This document shows positions 27,301-34,939 of a DNA stretch of 64,000 bases, in pieces. Both the position numbers and the translations under genes were made by a program. The stretch is from Phoronis australis (lineage: Eukaryota; Animalia; Phoronida). Below the pieces are notes generated by a model, which was given only the letters and a program-made list of their open reading frames with translations, was not told where the DNA came from and ran no database searches. The number at the start of each line of letters is the position of its first letter. The first letter of the stretch is position 1. The DNA lies in contig NMRA01000070.1 in the NCBI GenBank assembly GCA_002633005.1, forward strand, positions 1 through 64,000, given 5' to 3'.

Positions 27301-30300
27301 TGAACAGTGCACATGAACTGTTACACGACAACTGTGTACGCTTGAGCTTATTTCTCCATTTCTGCCTGATAACTCTGGCTGGTATCCTTCCATGATGAAT
27401 TCTTTGCTCGATACTTTTCATCAGAATGGTGAACTTGCTTGAAAAATGTGCCCTGAAAGTTTTTCCATTCAAAATAAGGTGAAATGTCCTCGCAGACTTA
27501 ATGTGATGCAAACTGCACATTAATAAACTATGAAGAATAATGTATAATTTGCACATGTAAAACCCTGTTTGCAGATCTGCTGATTACTACACCGGCTCCA
27601 CCTACTGGCTGTGTTGATAAGCTTGACAACTGTGACGCATTTGGTGATTATGCCTGTGAAGGCGACTTCAAACCGTGGGCCAGTGTGAACTGTGCTGCAT
27701 ACTGCCGTCTATGCCGTAAGTCTTGTTGTGAAGAGGTCTTTTTCTCCAGAGATTCCAAAGAATTTATATTTACTTATTGACATTCAGAACATGTTTCAAA
27801 GTCAACTTTATATCTGTAGCATTTACACGTCCACTCGTCCACTACATCTGTATTGAGAGAGATTCATTCCATTTAACAGGTCGGAATATATTCTCACTGA
27901 AAGATTTTTGTTCTTACCTACGGCCGTGAAGCTTAGTTGGTTCTGATCTTTGTAATTTTTATGCGCCCACATATTTATATGTGGACGCATTATATAATCA
28001 AGGTATTGGTGCAGTAGTTGCTCTTTTTAAACAAATCCACTTGGGACAAGCAAAAAAAGATGAGGATTTTTTTATTCATCTCAAACCTGTTTTGGCGAGG
28101 GAAAGTCTGACAGCACCCATAACCATGCTTGAAAAATTCCCTTTTCATCCCCACTGGCGACATCAAACATGGAAATGGGGTCATAATCCATCATATTGCC
28201 AAATGGATATCAAAAAGTGTAATTTGAACAACAGCTGATTGTGTTGACCTCAGAATTGTGTTTAATGAACAGAATTTCGGGAACAACTTTGCCTTGACCA
28301 TGCAGCACTTCACTCGAATGATAATTCAACCACTAACCTGTCACAAGCTAATCTTGGAACTGCATGTAATTGCTAGCGGTGACCTCTTGCGGTCAAGGTG
28401 CCCCATGTACCCAAGGACACTGAATATTTTAACTTCTACTTTTGTTCATTTGTGAACAATGCGTTTATGCATAGACTATACTACACAATCTATGGTTTAG
28501 GCGGCTGTCTCAGAATTGCGTGCTTGTACATAGTGTCCTCATGGGTGTCGCAATTTTTCATACGCAATGCTCTGCATTTTGTATGGAAAAACACGAAATA
28601 TGCATAAGGTCAATCTTGAAATTTGCTCCCTTTCCCATCGATTTTAGCTGAGAAGCAACGGACATATGCTCACCTGCCAAAGATTGTGTTATTGAATTGT
28701 AACATTTGCAGCAAATCATAACTTTGGCACTGGTCTCTTATGTAGCAAGTCAATTTACAAAATGTCACGAGGAAAAAATTTGCAGTTTCACTTGACCCCT
28801 CTGTGCCTGTCTGTAACATTGACCGGAACCAACAATGTTTGTTTCGCCTCATCTGATTTACAGTATGCCATTATCATATTTTAATCGGATTGAGCCACAA
28901 AATGGCGTAGACGGTGCACATGGAATTAATGATGCCCTGTATGGTTTTAGCTGGTGGAACTGATGGCAATTACTTGAAGAACACTGGTTCAGGCACTGTC
29001 AAGACTTCTATTGGTAAGTAGTGACTGACCTCTGTTGGTGTATTCTATTGAATGGCTTGGTCGTGCAGTGATGCTGATCTCCTTTTCTTATTGCCTTAAA
29101 CTTGTTCTCAGCCAATCACATTGAGAAGAAAAATCTACTGCTGGCGACTGAAATGGAGCGCGGTAGTTATTATTTTATGGCTGTCATCTCAATACTGATT
29201 AGACTGCATGGGTGGTGCACCATAGGGGGCTGGAGGAGCTATAGCGCCCCTCTTATTTCAATGCTGTGCTACTCATGGACTGGTTTCATACCTGAAGACC
29301 AGGGCCCGGTCTCTAATCTTTGTACTCGGAACGAACTCGAAACTATTTTTGGCAATTTCTCTGCTCCTTTTGTTCGAACTAAAGATAATTGGTTACCAGA
29401 CTGTGCTCGAATACATTATAGTTTATGCATAGGAGTTTCTAGTTCAAGTTTGCCCTTGAAGACCCTTATATTCGTGCTACAAACTCGAGTAAAAACTTGA
29501 AATTTCGAGTTCAAACTCGAACTTATTGCTTTAGTATTGGGTTTACAAACTTTGAACTAAGAACAATAAATTATCTACGTAAGTTATTGTGTACTCGAGC
29601 ATAGAATAATAGACACTTATCTTGATTTCGCCCAAAAGTACAGTAGAAAATGCCAAACCTAATTTCGAGTTCCATTTCGAGTAAAAAGATTGGAGACAGG
29701 GCCCAGATGGGGTATGGTGGTTTTAAATTTAAACTGTTGGTTTTAGGCACGGGCACAGTGGAGGGCGTAGGTATTGGCTGCTCATACCACGGTAAGACTT
29801 ACCAACAAGGACAGACTTGGAACGATGGCTGCACCTTCAGATGTACATGTCTTAACGCCAACAGTGGGCAGTACACATGTGATGCCATGTAAGTGAAGCC
29901 ACGTACAGCAAGCGGACGTTTGCCACTTGCTAAGTGCGAGTGGGTTATAGACACTTTGTTGAAAACAATGTCGGTGTTACTGGAAGAAAATCTGTCGAAA
30001 GTCCCCCAGTTCAAGCACATGTCGGTTAATAACAGGCCTAGCGCTGTTCTTGCCAACTCCTTGAACAGCCTTTTACAAGATTGAATAGCAACAAGTGATG
30101 GGACCATTTGAATGTATGCTTGAAGAGTTACTTTCGTACTATGAGATTGCTGTTTAATAATTATCAATTTTGTGTTTAACACTATTGAGCCGGTCATTCC
30201 AGGCTTGGCTATTCAGAATCCACCTTGGGCAATAAAAAGTTTACATCCTCAACCAGGACCATAAACCCTAATGTGGTTAGTCACAGCCCAACTGGGACAA

Positions 30301-30850
30301 TTGTACGACTGAGAGAAGAGCTCAAAAGAACTATTTTCACTGGCCCTGCATGTCAATTTGTATGTGAACGACATCCGTGATTTACAACTGCAAAATTCTA
30401 AGCCACGATGGAAACTACTATCCCTTCCAATCTCAAAATGGCCTTAAATGTTTCCCCTTCCCTTCCGTCACTTTTGAAATGGGTCGGTTACTAAAAATTT
30501 TATTTTCAAACGTATCATTTTTAGGGTGCACTCATTTTTGTTGCAATATTTTCATTTTTACAACTTTGAATAAAAGCAATTTTTCACAAAATTTCAAATA
30601 TTTTTTCAGTCATGCGCTTATTTCAGTCAATCGTACGAGGGGAAACAACTGTTTCACTTACACCCAATGCAATAGGATGAAACTGTAGATATTGTTACCT
30701 ATTCTAATTGTTCTTTTGGCCAGGTGTCCAACATGGACGTTGCCCCTAAGCTGCCGATTCAACGCTCCTGCTGCGGGTAAATGTTGTCCAAAGCCAGTGT
30801 GCCCAGCCGAGGTCGTAATCACTTACCCAAAGGGCTACACGGAAAATTAG
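205..30850 (+). CDS. 5'-partial multi-exon gene: large ShKT + mucin-like + VWC-like repeat protein, probably secreted extracellular matrix/mucus protein
   Basis: Phase-consistent AG/GT exon chain traced by hand. ShKT pattern C-x-DK-x3-C-x7-C-x5-WA-x2-NC-x3-C-x2-C. VWC-like pattern C-x-Y-x-G-x2-Y-x-QG-x2-W-x-DGC-x3-C-x-C...C-x3-CP-x-Y-x2-LP-x2-C...CC-x4-C. Stop TAG at 30848-30850. No transmembrane segment seen. Confidence 0.88.
562..665 (+). pseudogene. Decayed ShKT pseudo-exon
   Basis: ttgag|ATTGTACT...TGTGGACAT remnant with deletions and lost Cys/Trp. Confidence 0.6.
877..1170 (+). CDS. Exon B1: ShKT + long linker (phase 1-1; alternative donor after 1110)
   Basis: cttcag|AC TGT...; DCTDKRTDCHLYGGDICHNEFKDWARENCADYCGHC; CCAG|gtatat. 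Confidence 0.85.
1904..2125 (+). CDS. Exon A2: ShKT + linker
   Basis: tgtag|GT...CCAG|gtacga, 222 nt, near copy of A1. Confidence 0.88.
2265..2388 (+). pseudogene. Decayed ShKT pseudo-exon
   Basis: DCTDIVADCNLCVSD, frameshift, YNNYIELAVEDCVDYCGHST*. Confidence 0.7.
2614..2907 (+). CDS. Exon B2: ShKT + long linker
   Basis: cttcag|AC...CCAG|gtatgt; four visible differences from B1. Confidence 0.85.
3486..3707 (+). CDS. Exon A3: ShKT + linker
   Basis: tcaag|GT...CCAG|gtacga, 222 nt. Confidence 0.85.
4021..4242 (+). CDS. Exon C: ShKT + linker
   Basis: ttttag|GT; GCADKRSDCSLYSSDICYNEYSDWARENCADFCGHC; CCAG|gtggga (weak donor). Confidence 0.82.
4393..4619 (+). pseudogene. Decayed full-length ShKT+linker pseudo-exon
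   Basis: Collinear with intact exons (ttcactccaaacccaagtcctg...ccgtctaccaaaccaccag|gtgtaa) but with most Cys lost and indels. Confidence 0.7.
4857..5078 (+). CDS. Exon D: ShKT + linker
   Basis: cttcag|GT; GCTDKRTDCNQYSKDICYNEYMDWARENCADYCGHC; CCAG|gtgtga. Confidence 0.82.
5199..5410 (+). pseudogene. Decayed ShKT pseudo-exon
   Basis: ECTYKGAGCKQFGSDIFYNNCSEAAS*DCVDYCGHC, with an in-frame TAA. Confidence 0.7.
5477..5708 (+). pseudogene. Degenerating ShKT exon
   Basis: Intact acceptor and open frame, but 3 of 6 Cys lost, compensating frameshifts, and no phase-1 donor at the homologous site. Confidence 0.65.
5940..6125 (+). CDS. Exon F: ShKT + shortened linker
   Basis: tttag|AT; DCTDKRTDCQLYSRDICHNEFKDWARENCADYCGHC; ACAC|gtaagc, 186 nt, phase 1-1. 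Confidence 0.82.
7152..7289 (+). CDS. Exon G (copy 1): ShKT
   Basis: tttag|GT; GCADKRDDCKSYSKAICTNEYRAWAQDNCADFCGFC; TCAA|gttggt; duplicated across N7979. Confidence 0.75.
7620..7978. mobile_element. Left end of a Tc1/mariner-superfamily (pogo/Tc2-like) DNA element inserted at TA, truncated by N
   Basis: Begins TA|CCGTAATC with repeated subterminal TTAA(G/C)CGCCC motifs. The sister copy at about 8818 shows the empty TA site. Confidence 0.65.
8351..8488 (+). CDS. Exon G (copy 2, probable allelic duplicate): ShKT
   Basis: Near-identical to 7152-7289 (one Ala>Thr change). Confidence 0.72.
8939..9053 (+). CDS. VWC-like module 1, first half (phase 1-2)
   Basis: VCVYNNKQYKQGESWTDGCSLVCECIDANYGIYRCDD; AG|gtaggt. 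Confidence 0.9.
9788..10011 (+). CDS. VWC-like module 1, second half + Thr/Gly/Val/Pro linker (phase 2-1)
   Basis: CTIYTNLPSSCQLVTDPKDSCCKVPQC...; A|gtaaga. Confidence 0.9.
11621..11738 (+). CDS. VWC-like module 2, first half
   Basis: ICVYTDGKPYGQGAKWQDGCKYDCECVDSLRGLYQCAE; AG|gtatga. Confidence 0.9.
12606..12741. mobile_element. Short hairpin MITE flanked by TTAA
   Basis: About 45-bp inverted arms gtctggtttgcacgccacctgttggc / gccaacaggtggcatgcagtccaga; related ends at about 44190-44205 and 44374-44430. Confidence 0.65.
13132..13301 (+). CDS. VWC-like module 2, second half (copy 1)
   Basis: CPRYTNLPSYCKLVKRPGECCEELQC...; A|gtgagt. Confidence 0.85.
13778..13892 (+). CDS. VWC-like module 3, first half (copy 1)
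   Basis: KCVYKGVEYKQGDTWNDGCLYRCECVDGSTGYWRCND; AG|gtagga. Confidence 0.85.
14189..14358 (+). CDS. Duplicate of 13132-13301 (probable allelic copy)
   Basis: Same exon sequence, downstream of N14051. Confidence 0.65.
14838..14952 (+). CDS. Duplicate of 13778-13892 (probable allelic copy)
   Basis: Only synonymous differences seen. Confidence 0.65.
15296..15725. repeat. Compound minisatellite (4 units of about 100-115 bp) with CA/GCAC/GCAT microsatellites
   Basis: Recurring gagggacaagtacaggatagtctttatctctctcccacacac. Confidence 0.85.
15782..15993 (+). CDS. VWC-like module 3, second half + linker
   Basis: CPKYNNLPAGCSLHTDPKDSCCKIPKC...; AGAG|gtgagt. Confidence 0.9.
16240..16354 (+). CDS. VWC-like module 4, first half
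   Basis: LCVYKGNLYKQGDKWSDGCSYNCECLNGVKGEYRCTA; AT|gtaagt. Confidence 0.9.
17088..17251 (+). CDS. VWC-like module 4, second half
   Basis: CPTYSNLPSQCRMQKKPGQCCDDLVC...; A|gtgagt. Confidence 0.9.
18167..18281 (+). CDS. VWC-like module 5, first half
   Basis: FCVYKGTNYKQGEKWSDGCSYRCECVDAVRGMWSCND; AG|gtaggt. Confidence 0.9.
18385..18543. repeat. 53-bp tandem repeat x3
   Basis: aaattgatttctgagaggaacgttatgtttacaacctcggtattttgttctgt at 18385, 18438, 18491. Confidence 0.9.
18766..18992 (+). CDS. VWC-like module 5, second half + Thr/Gly linker
   Basis: CPMYTNIPSQCTLQTDPLDSCCKIPKC...; A|gtaagg. Confidence 0.9.
19276..19390 (+). CDS. VWC-like module 6, first half
   Basis: KCVYKGSLYNQGDRWEDGCDYSCECVDAAKGTYRCRE; AA|gtgagt. 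Confidence 0.9.
19560..20000 (-). mobile_element. Penelope-like retroelement relic (GIY-YIG endonuclease C-terminus)
   Basis: Minus strand reads MLSREKKWHETEVQEAVHVKALNPSLKKNGGVRF, resembling the PLE endonuclease tail (ILxRExxWxERGVKEAIxIxxxxPSLNRxGG); broken Y-GET motif upstream. Confidence 0.65.
20159..20289 (+). CDS. VWC-like module 6, second half (copy 1)
   Basis: CPTFTNIPSYCKRVPERNECCDRLDC...; CAG|gtaaat. Confidence 0.82.
21038..21168 (+). CDS. Duplicate of 20159-20289 (probable allelic copy; including both would shift the frame)
   Basis: 131-nt phase 2-1 exon repeated after N20718, synonymous differences only. Confidence 0.65.
21973..22220. mobile_element. Non-autonomous DNA element (hAT-like ends), copy 1
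   Basis: Termini TAGAGCTTGGAAT / ATTCCAAGCCCTG; homologous in inverted orientation to 52385-52646. Confidence 0.7.
22674..22788 (+). CDS. VWC-like module 7, first half
   Basis: KCVYNSKVYIEGQSWEDGCKLRCECLDGNTGFYRCQN; AT|gtgagt. Confidence 0.9.
23179..23612. mobile_element. MITE with long imperfect inverted repeats (PIF/Harbinger-like)
   Basis: cagtgcc...tgaaacagtcccaaaa...actaagtt vs aacttagttgag...ttttgagactgtttca...ggcactg; CWG flanks. Confidence 0.65.
23772..24028 (+). CDS. VWC-like module 7, second half + Gly/Thr linker
   Basis: CPIYSEIPSYCTLRTLPGKCCAEPVC...; A|gtgagt. Confidence 0.9.
24515..24629 (+). CDS. VWC-like module 8, first half
   Basis: MCLYKGKSYSQGQRWMDGCNYDCECTDAAQGMYRCSE; AT|gtaagt. 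Confidence 0.9.
24885..25021 (+). CDS. VWC-like module 8, second half (copy 1)
   Basis: CPRYSRVPSQCKLVDVKGACCKELSC...; CCAG|gtaatg. Confidence 0.82.
25382..25518 (+). CDS. Duplicate of 24885-25021 (probable allelic copy)
   Basis: 137-nt phase 2-1 exon repeated after N25139. Confidence 0.65.
25661..25709. repeat. 15-bp tandem repeat x3
   Basis: ggagacagttgtcat x3. Confidence 0.85.
26036..26164 (+). CDS. ShKT exon (C-terminal pair, first)
   Basis: KCEDKLDNCDAFGDDACSDKFLGWAKKNCAKHCNLC; C|gtaagt. Confidence 0.88.
27575..27715 (+). CDS. ShKT exon (C-terminal pair, second)
   Basis: GCVDKLDNCDAFGDYACEGDFKPWASVNCAAYCRLC; C|gtaagt. Confidence 0.9.
28951..29013 (+). CDS. 63-nt linker exon (phase 1-1)
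   Basis: ttttag|CT GGT GGA...ATT G|gtaagt; GGTDGNYLKNTGSGTVKTSI. Confidence 0.75.
29303..29703. mobile_element. PIF/Harbinger-type MITE
   Basis: About 65-bp imperfect TIRs GGCCCGGTCTCTAATCTTT / AAAGATTGGAGACAGGGCC with CAG target-site duplication. Confidence 0.75.
29747..29888 (+). CDS. VWC-like module 9, first half
   Basis: GCSYHGKTYQQGQTWNDGCTFRCTCLNANSGQYTCDA; AT|gtaagt. Confidence 0.9.
30724..30850 (+). CDS. Terminal coding exon, VWC-like module 9 second half
   Basis: ccag|G TGT; CPTWTLPLSCRFNAPAAGKCCPKPVCPAEVVITYPKGYTEN*. Confidence 0.9.
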
Positions 30851-31320
30851 AATCCTGGCTCAGCTACAACAGTGACATGCATTTACGGACTTCTGTTTCC
30901 TAGAAACTGTGGTGCTTTCTTGCAAGAGGACTTCTGTTTTTAATGTGTAATTATTGCGAGATTTTCTTAAATTTACATCTGTAGAACGTTTCATAACCGA
31001 GTTGATTATTTTGTCTAACTTCTGCCTCATTTTTGTTCATCTTCAAAAAAGGCCGTCACGTATAAATATTCTCTTCCATTTCCGCACTCGACGAAGGATG
31101 TCTTCGTTTCCAATTTCAATGTCTGGTTCAAGAGCTATAACTGCTTCAGTGACTCTGAACTGAACAACAGCGCCCCTGCATGTTAAAGCCCCCAGTTTTC
31201 TATAGCTTAGATAGTTTTTTTAACAGTGTGTTGAATATTGATGTTACTTAAATTTTTGTTTCTCTTAGAGATCTGTAACTGACCAATCATTAACAACTTT
31301 CAGATTTTAATGAAACGCTT

Positions 31321-31326
31321 TTTATT
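31321..31326 (-). terminator. Candidate polyadenylation signal of HIP1
   Basis: tttatt on the + strand, near the switch from T-rich to A-rich composition. Confidence 0.35.
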
Positions 31327-31460
31327 AAATAGCACAATTGAATGTGCTCATATGTACGATAGTTCTTGAGTCAATTGCAAGGTCATTGAGAGAGATAAGA
31401 TATTTATGAATTGTCTCCGGTGTATTCCATATTTGATTACGTTCACACTTGTATCTTTGT

Positions 31461-31466
31461 AATAAA
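31461..31466 (+). terminator. Candidate polyadenylation signal of the ShKT/VWC gene
   Basis: First AATAAA seen downstream of the stop at 30850. Confidence 0.45.
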
Positions 31467-31797
31467 ATAATATGCACAACTGTGTCAGTGTTAAAACATA
31501 ACTTACAAATCATTGCATTCAAGTTCAAAACAAAAACACAACTGAAAAAGCAATGTGTAAAGATAAATATTTTTTTCAAACTTTTTCAAAGGCATTTCTG
31601 ACGAATTTGATCACAAAAAGGTGTTTGGAAATGTTTTAGTTGATTTCCATGAAATGGAGAAAAACAGTTCCCCAAAGAAGAAAAATGACTTGGTATGATA
31701 AAAATTCTTCAGTTTGGTACACAATAAAACAGACGGGTGAATTTAACACCGTTACATTTCTTAATAAAAATAATTTCTCAGGACAATTTTCTTTTAG

Positions 31798-31920
31798 GCT
31801 GGTTTGTATTGGCGTGGCTATTACCAAACAAAATTCGGTAAAATTTTGAACATCTGCAACCATTTGGTTACTCTTGGAAAAATAGAAATATGGCAATTTT
31901 AGCAATTATTGCCCTACCAA
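31798..31920. repeat. Dispersed repeat, second copy at about 60317-60425
   Basis: Shared ggtttgtat(t)ggcgt.gctattaccaaaca...ggtaaaattttga...aaatatggcaatttt. Confidence 0.6.
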
Positions 31921-33317
31921 ATTAAAATAAAATTTACCGCAAGTTCCGAAAGTTGTATTCGCATACCTTTCTATTCTGAAAACTGCCAGAAACTGCATTA
32001 ATGAAACCAATAAAGCATCTATTCACCCACTTTGATACACAATGTCTGTATTACAGCGCCACACTTACGTTTTGAAGAAATGTCGATAACATTTTTACAA
32101 AAATCAACTTGAAAAATTTTGTTATGCCTTTCAAAGTGACCAGAAATGCCTTCAGAAAGGCAACATTCATCTTCAAATGAATTCTGATTAAACCTAGGAC
32201 AGAGACATTGAATAACTTCTAATGTGAATTTGATACTTTTCCACATTGTGTCAATGGCCAATAAATGGCTTAATTAATATCTTTTCCTTCCCATTCCCAA
32301 TTAAAACTAACCCAAATGTGTTGCATTAGTCAGAGAGCTTGGAAAATGAGGTAGAATCCAGTTCTGGCTGCAGAATTTTTCATATAACCTGACTAGCAAT
32401 GAAATTCGAATACGTGCTCAATAATACAACATTCAACACTTCCACCAGTCTTCATACCATCAGTGATAATTTTAATGCATACGTCTATCACAACCCAAAA
32501 GGTTGCCATTAAATACTTCAAATCAATCTGATTTGCCAACACAATTATAATTAATGAAGGAAATGTCATTTAACACAATCTACCATTCACTTCAATCTGT
32601 ATTTTCGTCAACTTGTAACGTAGAACTTTCAAAAATGATTTCCTCAAACTGCAACAAGTCACACAAAATAGTTTCATTACAGTTTACAAAAATGGAAAGT
32701 ATGCTAAATCAAATGGCACCACGTTAAATTCAACAGTAATGTACAGAACACTGCCGTTATTCAAGCATATAAAAGCCAATTTCAGGTATAAATAAAATCA
32801 TGACCAAGGCTAACACACACGTAAATAATTGTCATGAAATGGTTACAAATTAGTGCGTTGACACCGTAAAAGACTTCTACGCATAAATGATCACTGAGTT
32901 AAGATGTTTATGTATATATGAAAACAAGGACAGTTTTGGAATAAAAGTTTAGTGATTGCATACTGACCTGATGCTGAACACTTTTGAAGAAGCCATTAAA
33001 ACAATACTGTTTACACAAGATACAGTCCTGTGCTACCTCCCAACGAGCTATAGCAACCAATAAATACATCTCCCACTCTTTAGCATATATCTGACAAAAT
33101 GCACGCAGCAGAAAACTACCTACAATACCACCCTTTTTAATCTTGGCAAAATGCAATAAAGCACAAGTCAACTCTACTCCCATCATGCAACCCTCGGCCA
33201 GTAAATGCAAAAATCAGTATCATGCTTATTATGCAGGTGTCATGCCGAGTCCGCCAAACAGTTGTTGACCGAGCTGTGTGATCTCAACAAGGAAGGGCGA
33301 CAAGAGTCTTCGCTCAA

Positions 33318-33338
33318 CTAACTCTTGCCTGTCTGCTC
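33318..33338 (-). CDS. HIP1: Candidate alternative last coding exon of HIP1 (EQTGKS*)
   Basis: Acceptor tgtctctttcctag|GAG CAG ACA GGC AAG AGT TAG fits the in-frame donor GAG|gtaatt at 34776/34775. Confidence 0.5.
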   Translation of the reverse strand, partial: EQTGKS

Positions 33339-34715
33339 CTAGGAAAGAGACATGCATAGTTTAGTGTGGATACGTTTTCATTCACAGTGTTGCCACTCAG
33401 TAAAACTGAAAAAAATATCCACGTCATCAACAAAAAAGTATAACTTTTGCCATAAAAATAGTAATTTATCGACCTAACCATTTACTCTGTTTAAGGATGT
33501 AGCATATATTACCTTCTAATGCAGAGTTTTATAATGGACTTTGGTTGTCATGACCCAAGAGCCAATGTCTGCCACATCACCAGCTTGAAATTTCGCTGCA
33601 CTGATAATCACCATTACAACATTTCAGCCTATTCTTGACCCAGGGCAATACTGTGACAGACACTGACACTGCTCAGTACTGATTGGACCCATAGATATTT
33701 CTGAAAACCCACTACAGGACTCTGTTGATCAGCAGTGTTAATGAATGATTCAATACCAATAAAGAGGTGGAGACTTTGACAGCAACAAAAATGAATAAAC
33801 AGTAAAGAGCACTCAAAGAATATCATCGATGGAAAAAGTATAAAATAGGATTTTCCCCCAAAAAGTATTACTTTCAAAAAAGCGGCAGCACTGCGTTCAG
33901 GAGATAGTTAGTGAAGAGCAGTCCATGACTAGGAAAACATGGAGTCACAGTATCTGATGTTGTGTGAAAAACAACAAACAAGATTGTTACCATACCATTG
34001 GCATTCTTAGGGTTTTTCATCGTGGACTTTCAAAGTGGTAGAAAAAAACGCATGCACAAAAAGCACAGGAAATGACAACTAAGCACAGCTATGTAGAGTT
34101 CACAGGCAAAATAATAAGGTCACAGGCAATTTGAATGAGACAAAAGAAAGCATATAGCTAAAAATACCATGCCTGGAGGACTTGAATGTGAATGAGAAGA
34201 GTGACAATGAACTAAGACACAAAACATATGTTTACATATTAAGTTTCCACTTTAAATAATGAAACAAAAATTAGTTGAGTCATCAGACATAAAAACAATT
34301 AAGTAGCGTGCTCCAACAATAGCGACATCTACTTTATACTGGCATAAATCAAAGACTGGAGTTTCGACTGGATCAAAGGAAAAACAGCCAGGAATTCCAA
34401 TTTTCTCTTTCTAACCACTCAGTGTGTCCTTTTAAATAACAATGCACAAATCAAAGAAACCAAGGCTCTCATAACAAAGAGGTATGAATGAGACTTTGCA
34501 TCAGAATCTCTATGTGATCTAGCATGCAGGCTTGACCATGGCTACTTTCTTGTGTGATCTTGAAAACGACTGAGCAATCACACCGTCACATGACACAATA
34601 TTAAACGAATAAATGTTGCTGACGTCACACCTATCTAGTTAAAACTAAATGTAAGTTTCATGGATGGTCCCCACGGCTTCGTTCATTACTGAATGCAGCT
34701 CAGCAGAGATACAAA

Positions 34716-34939
34716 TCAGAACCAGGAGGAGTCATCATCAGGCTGCCCACTACCATCCCCCTCCAAGTCAATTACCTCTTGATCCCTCTCCGCCGCCAGC
34801 TGATAGTGTGTCCTTCGCAGCTCGGCAAACTTGACTCTCTCCTTCTCCAAAAGACTTTCTAGTTCCAGCACTCTGACTTGAGAGTTCATCTCCAGCCTCT
34901 TGGCCTGATGTAGCGTTAAGTTGGAGAAGTCCATCATGT
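34716..34939 (-). CDS. HIP1: HIP1 terminal exon (read-through form)
   Basis: MMDFSNLTLHQAKRLEMNSQVRVLELE...HYQLAAERDQEVIDLEGDGSGQPDDDSSWF*. Confidence 0.9.
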
